Source: Octopus sinensis (Eukaryota). From it: 64,000 nt of DNA. Shown piece by piece: positions 50,625-61,485 of the stretch. The DNA is taken from NCBI RefSeq assembly GCF_006345805.1, contig NC_043005.1, forward strand, positions 76,012,001 to 76,076,000. Direction: 5' to 3'. Made by a program: the position numbers and the translations under genes. The notes beneath the pieces are model-generated. The model saw only the letters and a program-made list of their open reading frames with translations. It did no database searches and was not told the DNA's origin. Position 1 is the first letter of the stretch. Each line of letters opens with the position of its first letter.

Positions 50625-50720
50625 CTTATCTTTTTCTTTTCTATGCAATATTCATTTCATTACTGTTAAAACCTGAATAACAATTAATAAAACAGAATGT
50701 ATTAGACATAAAAATAACCT

Positions 50721-50792
50721 TCCCATGTGGTCTAGTGGATAGGATTCCTGGCTTTCACCCAGGCGGCCCGGGTTCGATTCCCGGCATGGGAA
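50721..50792 (+). tRNA. tRNA-Glu-TTC: tRNA-Glu(TTC), array unit 4
   Basis: One D-loop change (GGATA). Confidence 0.9.
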
Positions 50793-50888
50793 CTTATCTT
50801 TTTCTTTTCTATGCAATATTCATCTCATTACTGTTAAAACCTGAATAACAATTAATAAAACAGAATGTATTAAACATGAAAATAACCT

Positions 50889-50960
50889 TCCCATGTGGTC
50901 TAGTGGTTAGGATTCCTGGCTTTCGCCCAGGCGGCCCGGGTTCGATTCCCGGCATGGGAA
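50889..50960 (+). tRNA. tRNA-Glu-TTC: tRNA-Glu(TTC), array unit 5
   Basis: A37G (loop CTTTCGC). Confidence 0.88.
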
Positions 50961-51056
50961 CTTATCTTTTTCTTTTCTATGCAATATTCATCTCATTACT
51001 GTTAAAACCTGAATAACAATTAATAAAACAGAATGTATTAGACATGAAAATAACCT

Positions 51057-51128
51057 TCCCATGTGGTCTAGTGGTTAGGATTCCTGGCTTTCACCCAGGC
51101 GGCCCGGGTTCGATTCCCGGCATGGGAA
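51057..51128 (+). tRNA. tRNA-Glu-TTC: tRNA-Glu(TTC), array unit 6
   Basis: Consensus. Confidence 0.96.
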
Positions 51129-51224
51129 CTTATCTTTTTCTTTTCTATGCAATATTCATTTCATTACTGTTATAACCTGAATAACAATTAATAAAACAGA
51201 ATGTATTAGACATGAAAATAGCCT

Positions 51225-51296
51225 TCCCATGTGGTCTAGTGGTTAGGATTCCTGGCTTTCACCCAGGCGGCCCGGGTTCGATTCCCGGCATGGGAA
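51225..51296 (+). tRNA. tRNA-Glu-TTC: tRNA-Glu(TTC), array unit 7
   Basis: Consensus. Confidence 0.96.
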
Positions 51297-51392
51297 CTTA
51301 TCTTTTTCTTTTCTATGCAATATTCATTTCATTACTGTTATAACCTGAATAACAATGAATAAAACAGAATGTATTAGACATGAAAATAACCT

Positions 51393-51464
51393 TCCCATGT
51401 GGTCTAGTGGTTAGGATTCCTGGCTTTCACCCAGGCGGCCCGGGTTCGATTCCCGGCATGGGAA
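51393..51464 (+). tRNA. tRNA-Glu-TTC: tRNA-Glu(TTC), array unit 8
   Basis: Consensus. Confidence 0.96.
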
Positions 51465-51560
51465 CTTATCTTTTTCTTTTCTATGCAATATTCATTTAAT
51501 TACTGTTAAAACCTGAATAACAATTAATAAAACAGAATGTATTAGACATGAAAATAACCT

Positions 51561-51632
51561 TCCCATGTGGTCTAGTGGTTAGGATTCCTGGCTTTCACCC
51601 AGGCGGCCCGGGTTCGATTCCCGGCATGGGAA
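51561..51632 (+). tRNA. tRNA-Glu-TTC: tRNA-Glu(TTC), array unit 9
   Basis: Consensus. Confidence 0.96.
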
Positions 51633-51729
51633 CTTATCTTTTTTCTTTTCTATGCAATATTCATCTCATTACTGTTAAAACCTGAATAACAATTAATAAA
51701 ACAGAATGTATTAAACATGAAAATAACCT

Positions 51730-51801
51730 TCCCATGTGGTCTAGTGGTTAGGATTCCTGGCTTTCACCCAGGCGGCCCGGGTTCGATTCCCGGCATGGGA
51801 A
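51730..51801 (+). tRNA. tRNA-Glu-TTC: tRNA-Glu(TTC), array unit 10
   Basis: Consensus. Confidence 0.96.
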
Positions 51802-51897
51802 CTTATCTTTTTCTTTTCTATGCAATATTCATTTCATTACTGTTATAACCTGAATAACAATTAATAAAACAGAATGTATTAGACATGAAAGTAACCT

Positions 51898-51969
51898 TCC
51901 CATGTGGTCTAGTGGTTAGGATTCCTGGCTTTCACCCAGGCGGCCCGGGGTCGTTTCCCGGCATGGGAA
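51898..51969 (+). pseudogene. tRNA-Glu(TTC), array unit 11, B-box disrupted
   Basis: T-loop GTCGTTT instead of TTCGATT. Confidence 0.75.
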
Positions 51970-52065
51970 CTTATCTTTTTCTTTTCTATGCAATATTCAT
52001 TTCATTACCGTTAAAACTTGAATAACAATTAATAAAACAGAATGTATTAGACATGAAAATAACCT

Positions 52066-52137
52066 TCCCATGTGGTCTAGTGGTTAGGATTCCTGGCTTT
52101 TACCCAGGCTGCCCGGGTTCGATTCCCGGCATGGGAA
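52066..52137 (+). tRNA. tRNA-Glu body with TTT (Lys) anticodon, array unit 12
   Basis: Loop CT TTT AC, variable region CTGC; stems and A/B boxes intact. Confidence 0.75.
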
Positions 52138-52233
52138 CTTATCTTTTTCTTTTCTATGCAATATTCATTTCATTACTGTTAAAACCTGAATAACAATTAA
52201 TAAAACAGAATGTATTAGACATGAAAATAACCT

Positions 52234-52305
52234 TCCCATGTGGTCTAGTGGTTAGGATTCCTGGCTTTCACCCAGGCGGCCCGGGTTCGATTCCCGGCAT
52301 GGGAA
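52234..52305 (+). tRNA. tRNA-Glu-TTC: tRNA-Glu(TTC), array unit 13
   Basis: Consensus. Confidence 0.96.
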
Positions 52306-53047
52306 CTTATCTTTTTCTTTTCTATGCAATATTCTATGAATGCCTTCGAGAGTGAAATTATTTTCCATCCATAAGAAATGTCACACTTCATAAAAGGTTT
52401 AATTTACTTATTAGTTATTTGCCTCAGATTAACAATTAGTTATTTGCCTCAGAGTAACAATTTTTAAAAATATCTATACTAGTTTCCAAATAGATATAAC
52501 AGAAACTGGTAGTGAGAGACAACATTGAAATGTAAATTATAAACAGAATACTGTAGGGAGGTGACAACTCCAGTCTTGTTTCGACCTAATGGGGCCTCCT
52601 CACAAGAGTACAGTGTGACCGTTACTGCAAATCTTTGAATAACAAGAGAAGTATTCAAGATCTGATCTTTGGAAATGAACACAGAGTGGCGTTAAGATTT
52701 CACTGTTGGAAAGAAAGAAAGAAAGAAACAAACAAAAAAATTCAGACCGAAACTGGATGGAAACCAAGTTAGATACTTTAAAGTATAAGAACTTAGAAAT
52801 ATGTTCTTATTCCAAGACAGTTTCGACCCGCATTTGAAAGAATTTCTCTTTAATTGTACTTCGACGATGACTTTTCTAAAGCCATCAACCTCACTCCAGC
52901 TTTTATTTTTCCGGGCGAATTAAAATGACCCAACCTACGCTGCATAAATAACAACAAAAACAGTTAATAAAAATTCGAATCATTCTGATATTTGATGTAA
53001 AATACCAATGAACTACGTGGTATAAACATTGCTATAGTCGTAGGAGA

Positions 53048-53478
53048 GGCGTAAGAGTGGCTGTGTGGTAAGTAGCTTGCTTACGAACCACATGGTTCCC
53101 GGTTCCGTCCCACTGTGTGGCACCCTGAGCAATTTTTTTTTGTACTATAGCCTCGGGCCGACCAAAGCCTTGTGAGTGGATTTGGGAGACGGAAACTGAA
53201 AGAAGCCCGTCGTATATATATATATATATATATAATATATATATATATATATAGATATATGTGTGTGTGTGTGTATGTGTTTGTGTGTCTGTGTTTGTCT
53301 CCTTGACAACCGATGCTGGTGTGTTTACATCCCCGTAACTTAGCGGATCGGCAAAAGAGACCGATAGAATAAATGCTAGGCTTACAAAGAATAAGTTCTA
53401 GAGTCGGTTTGGTCGACTAAAGGCGGTGCTCCGGCATGGCCGCTGTCAATTGATTGAAACCAGTAAAAGAGTAAAAAG
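53048..53478 (+). mobile_element. SINE family A (a second decayed copy follows at ~53640-54010)
   Basis: Matches family A. Confidence 0.88.
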
Positions 53479-53733
53479 CTGTTACATTAGTTCCACACCC
53501 GAAAAGAGACATGTAGAATATAGTGTCTTGCACCTGAGTTAAATTAAAGCCTTTGAATAGATTCAAACTAACAAACAGGAATCCGTAGAAATGAGGTTTC
53601 ATCTACTAAATTAGCTGAAATTGTTTGTTACTTCTCAAGCCATGCCTGCGTGGCACCTTAAGAGTCTTCTTCTATATATAGCCTCGGGATGATCAAAACG
53701 TTGTGAGTGGATTTGGTAGACGTAAACCTCGTC

Positions 53734-53825
<92 letters not shown>

Positions 53826-54252
53826 GTATATACGTATGTATGTGCGTGTCTCTGTGTCTATGTGTGTCCCACACCTACCTACATGACTTAGTGGTTCGGC
53901 AAAAGATAACGATAGAATAAACACTAGGCTTAAAAAGTACCGGAGTGGAGTCATTCGACTAAAAATTCTCTGTGGCTGTGCCCCAGCATGGCTGAAACAA
54001 GTTAAATATAAAAGGTTCAAATTCTTTACTTTTGGTTTACTCATTACAAAGTAATTGAACTTTCTGATCACAGGTAATTATGTCTAACACCATTTCATTC
54101 TTATTAGAAATCGAAAGTATGATATAATCTGTGGCAAATAACTTACACCTTTTTGGAAGTGTAACATTTCTTATGGATGGAAAATAATTTCACTCTCGAA
54201 GGCATTTATTGAATACTGCATAGAAATAATATTTTGAAAAGAAAAAGACAAG

Positions 54253-54324
54253 TTCCCATGCCGGGAATCGAACCCGGGCCGCCTGGGTGAAAGCCAGGAA
54301 TCCTAACCACTAGACCACATGGGA
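54253..54324 (-). tRNA. tRNA-Glu-TTC: tRNA-Glu(TTC), consensus; likely source locus of the 168-bp array
   Basis: Consensus; both flanks homologous (inverted) to array flanks. Confidence 0.97.
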
Positions 54325-54727
54325 AAGTTACTTTTTACCCTAATACATACTGTTTTATTAAAAATGCTGCTTCATTTTTCCTACTTGTAACTGCCACTGA
54401 TGATTATTACATTGTATCCGTCTTCACCAGCAGTAGGCAGACACAAAATAATATCAGTAAATATTTTTTACTCGTAAGTAGAAACATGTAGAATAAAGTG
54501 TCTTGGCACAGCAAATAAACTAAAGCCTTTGAATATATTCAAGTTTACAAAGCGGGAGTTGTTAGTAAGAAGACCTAATCTACGAAATCAATATTTCTAA
54601 AATATATGAAGAAGAGCATAGATATGTGAATGAATGAAAACAGGTGGGATTAAAAGACTGAAACAGGTTAATTTATTTAGGGACGCCTGCCGCATGATAA
54701 TTTAGTGATGAAGGCAATAAGTTTCTA

Positions 54728-55791
54728 GGTACTATTTAAGAAGAGTGGTCCCGGTGCGCGCACTCGCGCACTCGCGTACTCGCGCACCCGCGCTAGCTAG
54801 TCGTGACTAGTCGATCCTACGACTACCTAGCGCGTGTGCGTATATGAAAATTAATATATGGGTTTTTTTTAAAACAAATAGGGTTTTTCTAAACAAAATA
54901 AATAACTTTTTACACGAAGTAAATAATTTTTTAAAACAAAGTAAATAAAACACAAAACACAAAATAAATAATTTTTTTAAAACAAAGTAAATAAAAACTT
55001 TTTCTAAACAAACTAAATAAATGTTTGGTACCCCGATCATAATTTAGATGGTTTTTTTTAAACAAATAGGGTTTTCTTAAACAAAATAAATGATTTTTAA
55101 CACAAAGTAAATAAAACACAAAGTTTTTGTGTTTTATTTATTTTACTCCTTTACTCTTTTACTTGTTTCAGTCATTTGACTGCGGCTATGCTGGAGAACC
55201 ACCTTTAATCGAGCAACTCGACCCTGGGACTTATTCTTTTGTAAGCCCAGTACTAATTCTATCGTCTCTTTTGCCGAACCGCTAAGTGACGGGAACATAA
55301 ACACACCAGCATCAGTTGTCAAGCAAATGCTAGGGGGACAAACACAGACACACAAACACATACACACACATACATATATATATATATATACATATATACG
55401 ACAGGTTTCTTTCAGTTTCCGTCTACCAAATCCACTCACAAGGCATTAGTCGGCCCGGGGCTATAGCAGAAGACACTTGCCCAAGATGCCACGCAGTGGG
55501 ACTGAACCCGGAACCATGTGGCTGGTTATCAAGCTACTTACCACACAGCCTCTCCTTCGCCTATCACAGCCACTCCTGCGCCTATTTTGTTTAAAAAAGT
55601 TATTTACTTTGTGTAAAAACTTATTTATTTTGTTTAGAAAAAACCTATTTGTTTTAAAAAAACCATCTATTAATTTGCATACGCGCACTCGCGTTAGGTA
55701 GTCATTGTAGGATCGACTAGTCACGACTAGCTAGCGCGAATGCGTGAGTACGCGTGTGCGCGCACGGGGACCACTCTTCTTAAATAGTACC
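54728..55791. mobile_element. Foldback/MULE-like MITE, copy 3, with nested SINE
   Basis: Same TIR; 9-bp TSD AAGTTTCTA/AAGTTACTA; internal AAAACAAAGTAAATAA-type subrepeats. Confidence 0.85.
55143..55582 (-). mobile_element. SINE family A nested in MULE-like MITE
   Basis: Matches family A. Confidence 0.88.
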
Positions 55792-56485
55792 AAGTTACTA
55801 AATTACTAATTCTAGTTTAGATAAAAAAAAAAATAAAGGTAGAAGACAATATTGAAATTTTTATTATAGATTATGGACTTTGTATTGAGATAGTCCGACC
55901 TTTAACAGTACTATTATAACTCCAGTCGTGTTTCGGTCTAACCAGACCTATTCAGCGGAGGATAGTAGCTATCATTGCTGTTGATTGCTGGCTGTTGGTT
56001 TTATTTTTCAGTCATGAAGGGGAACTTGTAGAATAAAGTGTATTGCGCAGGTAGTAAACTAGTAGACCTTTGAACAGATTTAAACTGACAAAGAAGGCCT
56101 TAGTAGTAAATATCTCTGCTGTATGACATCGAATGAAATACTTTCTCAAGTCACCAATAATCGACTTTATATTTCTAAAATAAATGAGGAAATATATATA
56201 TGAATGGAAAAAAAATAAAGAAGGGTTCAGAATAATTTAACGAGTTTAATTGGATCAAATAAAACAGCTGTTTGAAATTGTCTCGAAAATAAATTGAGTG
56301 CATTAAAATCAAGAACTGGCAAGAGAAATATTTCAGGTTTGATTTTTGAGAATGAATACCGAGTGGCGTTAAGATTTCATTAGTTGCAAACAAACAAACA
56401 AACAAATCCACTCCGAAACTGGATGGAAAACAAGGAACACATTATGTACACAGATTCAATATTCAGTTGAAGGCATTGTTCTTTA

Positions 56486-56729
56486 ATTATTATTATTATT
56501 ATTTCTTTATTGCCCACAAGGGGCTAAACACAGAGGGGACAAACAAGGACAGACAAACGGATTGAGCCGATTACATCGACCCCAGTGCGTAACTGGTAAT
56601 TAATTCATTGACCCCGAAAGGATGAAAGGCAAAGTCGACCTCGGCGGAATTTGAACTCAGAACGTAACGGCAGACGAAATACCGCTAAGCATTTCGCCCG
56701 GCGTGCTAACGTTTCTGCCAGCTCGCCGC
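56486..56729 (-). mobile_element. SINE family C monomer with (AAT)n tail
   Basis: Full head to tail. Confidence 0.88.
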
Positions 56730-56894
56730 TATATTGCCCTTTAATTATAAAAGGAGGAAGATATCGTAACGGCATGAATCTCAGAACATCTCTTATCCCT
56801 TCCACACGATGTTTAATGAGCATCCTTACACTGCAAATAAAACAATAAAGATGAAAGTGAATGCATAAAAACCGCTTTAAAAATAAAAGAAAAG

Positions 56895-56966
56895 TTCCCA
56901 TGCCGGGAATCGAACCCGGGCCGCCTGGATGAAAGCCAGGAATCCTAACCACTAGACCACATGGGA
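56895..56966 (-). tRNA. tRNA-Glu-TTC: tRNA-Glu(TTC), C38T
   Basis: Loop CTTTCAT; otherwise consensus. Confidence 0.93.
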
Positions 56967-57471
56967 TTACATGTCATTCTCGGTATGATAAAAAGGTTAT
57001 CGTAACTGTTGCTCTCATCAGTAGCTATCCTTGTTGATTGCTGGCCGTTACATTATTTTTCATCCATGAAGTGAAGCATGTAGAATATAGTGTCTTGTAC
57101 AGTAACTGAACTGAAGCCTTTGAAAATATTGAAACTGACAAAGCAGGAGTTGGTAGTAAGGCGATCTTATCTACGAAATTAACAAAAATACTTCCTCCAA
57201 TCGCCAATAGCGCATCCAATATCTCCAAAATATATAAAGTACATTAATATATAAATGAATGAACACAGATTGGAGCTAAGTCTTAAGAGGCTGTAACAAA
57301 TTAATTTACTTGGGGACACATGCTGCATGTGGTAAGTAGCTTGCCTACGAACCACATGGTTCTGGGTTCAGTCCCACTGCGTGGCACCTTGGGAGAGTGT
57401 CTTCTACTATAGCCTCCGGCTGACCAAAACCTTGTGAGTGGATTTGGTAGATGGAAACTGAACCCTTTAAA

Positions 57472-58573
57472 ATGGAAGACAAGAAAGTTCATTTTCGGCA
57501 CTTGATGCTTTTCTTTTTCCGTAAAGGGAAGAATGCCTCAGAAGCAACCAAAGAAATATACGCAGTTTACGGAGATGTTTCTTTATCCGAAAGAACTGTA
57601 CAGAAGTGGTTCGCAAGGTTCTGAGCTGGAGATTGTAGCCTTATTGATAAAGAGCGATCAGGCAGACCATCCACTACAGATGATGACCAAATCATGTCAT
57701 TAATTGAGAATAACCCACATTGCACAACCCGAGAATTGACAGAAAGCCTCGACCTAAAAAATCCGACGTTCACGAGCACCTGGTAAAGCTTGGGTACACA
57801 AATCGCTACGATGTTTGGGTACCACACGAGTTGAGTGAGAAGAACCTTTGGGATCGCATTTCCATCTGAGATTCGCTTTATAAACGGAATGAAAACGCGC
57901 CATTTTTAAAGCAAATTGTGACAGGTGATGAGAAATGGATTATCTGCCGAAATGTTCAGAGAAAGCGATCCTGGAGTAAGTAACATGAGCCACCCTTAGC
58001 TACCCCAAAAGCTGGTCTTCACCTTCAAAAAGTCTTGATTTGTGTCTGGTGGGATTGGAAAGGAATTCTGTACTATGAGCTTCTCTCAAGTAACCAGACA
58101 ATTAATTCTGAGAAATACTGCACACAACTTGACGAGTTAAAAGTAGCAATTCAAGAGAAACGTCCAGAATTGGTCAACAGGAAGGGTGTTGCTTTCCAAC
58201 ATGATAATGCAAAAGCGCACGTTTCTTTGGGAACCAGACAAAAATTGCTGCAGCTCGGCTGGGATGTATTACCCCACGCTCCATATTCATCAGATATTGC
58301 TCCCACGATTTCCACTTATTCAGGTCTCTGCAGAATAGTCTTAATTGTAAAAATTTCAATTCCTTGGATGACGTAAAAAGATACCTTGATGAATTCTTTA
58401 CCATCAAACCACCTCAATTCTGAGAAGAGGGTATTTTCAAGCTAAAGGAAAGATGGAGACGCATTGTGCAACAAAATGGTTCATATTTGGTAGATTAAAA
58501 ATGTAATGGCAAGTAATTATTGACCTTTTTCTTTCCTTTAAAAATTGGCACGAACTTTCCGGACAACCCAATA
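57472..58573 (+). mobile_element. Mariner transposon relic with transposase pseudogene and right TIR
   Basis: ATG 57472 MEDKKVHFRH.., WVPHEL, IVTGDEKW, HDNA, YSSDIAP; stop 58498; TIR 58541-58573; left end deleted and fused to a SINE head. Confidence 0.95.
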
Positions 58574-58969
58574 TTTCAACTTTGTGAGATGGATGTAAAG
58601 TGGTTTAAGCTTAAAAAGAAAAAGAAACTATGACAAATTATGTCTTGGGACTCCTACTGCATGAGAACTTAATGATACGAAATATCATTTTCTAAATTAT
58701 TTTTTCTAGTTGAAAAAAAAAAAGCAAAACAAAAAAAGCCTGCAAATAAAGAACAGGCGGAAATAGATAATACTGATGGTATCTCCAGTCATATTTCAGG
58801 GTAATTGTATATTATCAAAGGAGCATAGTGTGAACGTTGCTGCAAATCATAGAATGGCGATCTGAGTATTAAAGATTAAGATTTGGAGAATAAACATAAA
58901 GTGGCGTTAACACCTCCGATGGTGGAAAGAAGCAAAGAAATCCAGACCAAAACTGAATGGAAAACAAGA

Positions 58970-59357
58970 AGCAGTGGCACTCCGTCGGTTACGACGACGA
59001 GGGTTTCAGTTGATCCGATCAACGGAACGGCCTGCTCGTGAAATTAACGTGCAAGTGGCCGAGCGCTCCACAGACACGTGTACGCTTAACGTAGTTCTCG
59101 GGGAGATCCAGCGTGACGCAGAGTGTGACAAGGCTGGCCTCTTTGAAATACTGGTACAACAGAAACAGGAAGAAAAAGTGAGAGAAAGTTGTGGTGAAAG
59201 AGTACAGCAGGGTTCGCCACCACCATCTGCTGGAGCCTCGAGGAGCTTAAGGTGTTTTCACTCAGTAAACACTCACAACGCCCGGTCTGGGAATCGAAAC
59301 CGCGATCCTACGACCGCGAGTCCACTGCCCTAACCACTAGGCCTTGCGCCTCCACAA
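58970..59357 (-). mobile_element. SINE family B (partial duplicate at ~62470-62580)
   Basis: Family B; 10-bp TSD GGAAAACAAG. Confidence 0.9.
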
Positions 59358-59522
59358 GGAAAACAAGTACACAAAAGGAAAAGAACTTTCATAGCCAATG
59401 ATAGACGAAGTTTCAATGTATAGTTGAAGGAATTACATTTTAATTATACTATGAAGATTTTGTATCTATTACCCTTTCCCGACGAAATGAGCACTGCAAA
59501 GAAAAATAAAAAAACTAACACG

Positions 59523-59594
59523 TTCCCATGCCGGGAATCGAACCCGGGCCGCCTGGGTGAAAGCCAGGAATCCTAACCACTAGACCACACGGGA
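59523..59594 (-). tRNA. tRNA-Glu-TTC: tRNA-Glu(TTC), acceptor G:T wobble; left gene of divergent pair 1
   Basis: 5' acceptor TCCCGTG. Confidence 0.92.
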
Positions 59595-59794
59595 ATGCCT
59601 GTTACTGTTAGTAAGTTACAAAGATTATTGAAACTGTTGCTGTCATCAGTTACTATCATTGATGTTTATTGCTGGCTGTTACGTTATTTTCATTTACGGA
59701 GTGAAACACGTATAATATAACAAAACTCTGCTTATGCCTTTGATATGTTTATGCCTTTAATAATTACTTTATTGAAGTATAAGTTGTACGACCT

Positions 59795-59866
59795 TCCCAT
59801 GTGGTCTAGTGGTTAGGATTCCTGGCTTTCACCCAGGCGGCCCGGGTTCGATTCCCGGCATGGGAA
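59795..59866 (+). tRNA. tRNA-Glu-TTC: tRNA-Glu(TTC); right gene of divergent pair 1
   Basis: Consensus; T-runs follow. Confidence 0.97.
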
Positions 59867-60507
59867 CGTTTGTTTTTTCTTTTTCTTTTTTGTTGCTGTA
59901 TACAGATGCCTTTGAGCATATTGAAACAGAGCAGGAGCCGGTAGTAAGGCGATCTAATCTACAAACTTAGAAGAAATAACTTCTCTAATCACCAATACCG
60001 CGTCCAGTACTTCCAGAATGTATGGAGTACATAAATATATGAATGAATGAACAAAATGGAGTTAAATCTTAAGAGACTGTAACAAATCAATTACTCAGGG
60101 ACGCCTGCTGCACGAAAATTTAATGAAGAAAGCAGTGAGTTTCTAAATTTCTAATTCTAGCTTAGAGACAACAAACAAAGACAGAAAAGAGAAAAAAAAA
60201 AGCAGGGGAAGATAATACTGGATTTTTTATTAATAAATTATGAACTATTGTATAGGGATAGTCCGACTTTTAACAATACTATAACTACAGTCATGCGTCA
60301 GTCTAATTGATCGTCATCAACGGAGCATAATAGCGATCATTGCCGTCGATTGCTGGCTGTCTCCATTTTTGTTACCTTCATGCTTCATTTAAGTGGAATA
60401 TGTGGAATAAAGTGTTCTGGACAGTATAAAAATAGGATCACATGCGGTGGTATCGTATCGGGAATACGGTCGCACGCGGTCATATTCTTAATGAGATATT
60501 ACAGCCC

Positions 60508-60510
<3 letters not shown>

Positions 60511-60540
<30 letters not shown>

Positions 60541-61485
60541 ATTTGGCTCAAAAGCAAATAGCAAGGCCATGTAGGGGGACATGGAGTTAAGTACAGGGTG
60601 GTGTTCATGTAAAGAATTCAGGCCACTTGAGGTCAAGGGAGGCTTTGAACAAAGCGGTCGTCGGCATCTTCACCATCTCGTCTGGCAGCTTGTTCCACGG
60701 ATCCGCAACCCGGACGGAGAAAGCTCCTCTCCTTCGATTGAGATGAAATCGTCGCAGGTAGAGCTTTTCGGAATGACCCCGCAGCCGACGCTCTGGAGCA
60801 GGAGTGAAGAACAGCTCTTTCGAGAGGTTACACTTTCCGCTTATGATGTTGTGGGCGAGAATGAAATCACCACGGCGGCGGCGTTTTTCAAGAGAATAAA
60901 GGTCGAGCGTCCTCAGCCTTTCTTCGTAGGACAAATTTTTGACCATGAACCATGCGGGTAGCCAGCTTCTGGACTCTTTCGAGATGCTGTATGTCTTTGA
61001 GGAGATAAGGAGAAGAGGCTTGAATCCCATACTCCAATATGGGTCTCACCAGCGTGACATAGAGTGGTAGGAATATGGCTGCTGTGAGCATTCCGAATGA
61101 CCGTCGAATCAAGAACAGAATTCCGCGTGCTTTGTTGGCAGCATGGACGCACTGGGCCGAAGGCGAAAAGGAGGAATCCACCAAGATACCTAGGTCCTTT
61201 ACCTGATCGGTCCTCTCCAGCAGCAGACGACCCGGCTCGAAATCAAGTTGCAGGAGGAGAGCCGACAGGCAGATGACAGCACTTTGACACGTTCAGACAC
61301 AGGTCCCAATTGTTAGACCACTTCCAAATTTGGTGGAGGCATCGACGAAGATCCTCTATATTACCGCGAGGAGCGACCAGTTTGATATCGTCGGCAAATA
61401 GAAGGGTGTGTTGCGTGAGGTCGTCGGGCAAGTCATTTATGAAGACTAAGAACAACAAGGGCCCAAGCACTGAACCTTGAGGCAA
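60511..61485 (-). mobile_element. 5'-truncated CR1-clade LINE
   Basis: PQGSVLGPLLF..FADDIKL, LVRPILEYG, LERVQ, YEERL..LEKRR.RGD, RGH, FSVRV..WNKLP; (TAAC)n tail. Confidence 0.95.

Larger units (their letters stand above)
50143..52334 (+). repeat. Tandem array of 13 x 168-bp units, each with one tRNA-Glu gene
   Basis: Gene starts 50217, 50385, 50553, 50721, 50889, 51057, 51225, 51393, 51561, 51730, 51898, 52066, 52234 (period 168, once 169); near-identical ~96-bp spacer with TTTTT terminator. Confidence 0.98.

Noticed and set aside
50143-52334. CRISPR-like repeat-spacer appearance of the array
   Set aside because: Repeats are 72-nt tRNA genes, spacers are near-identical rather than unique, there are no cas genes, and the context is eukaryotic
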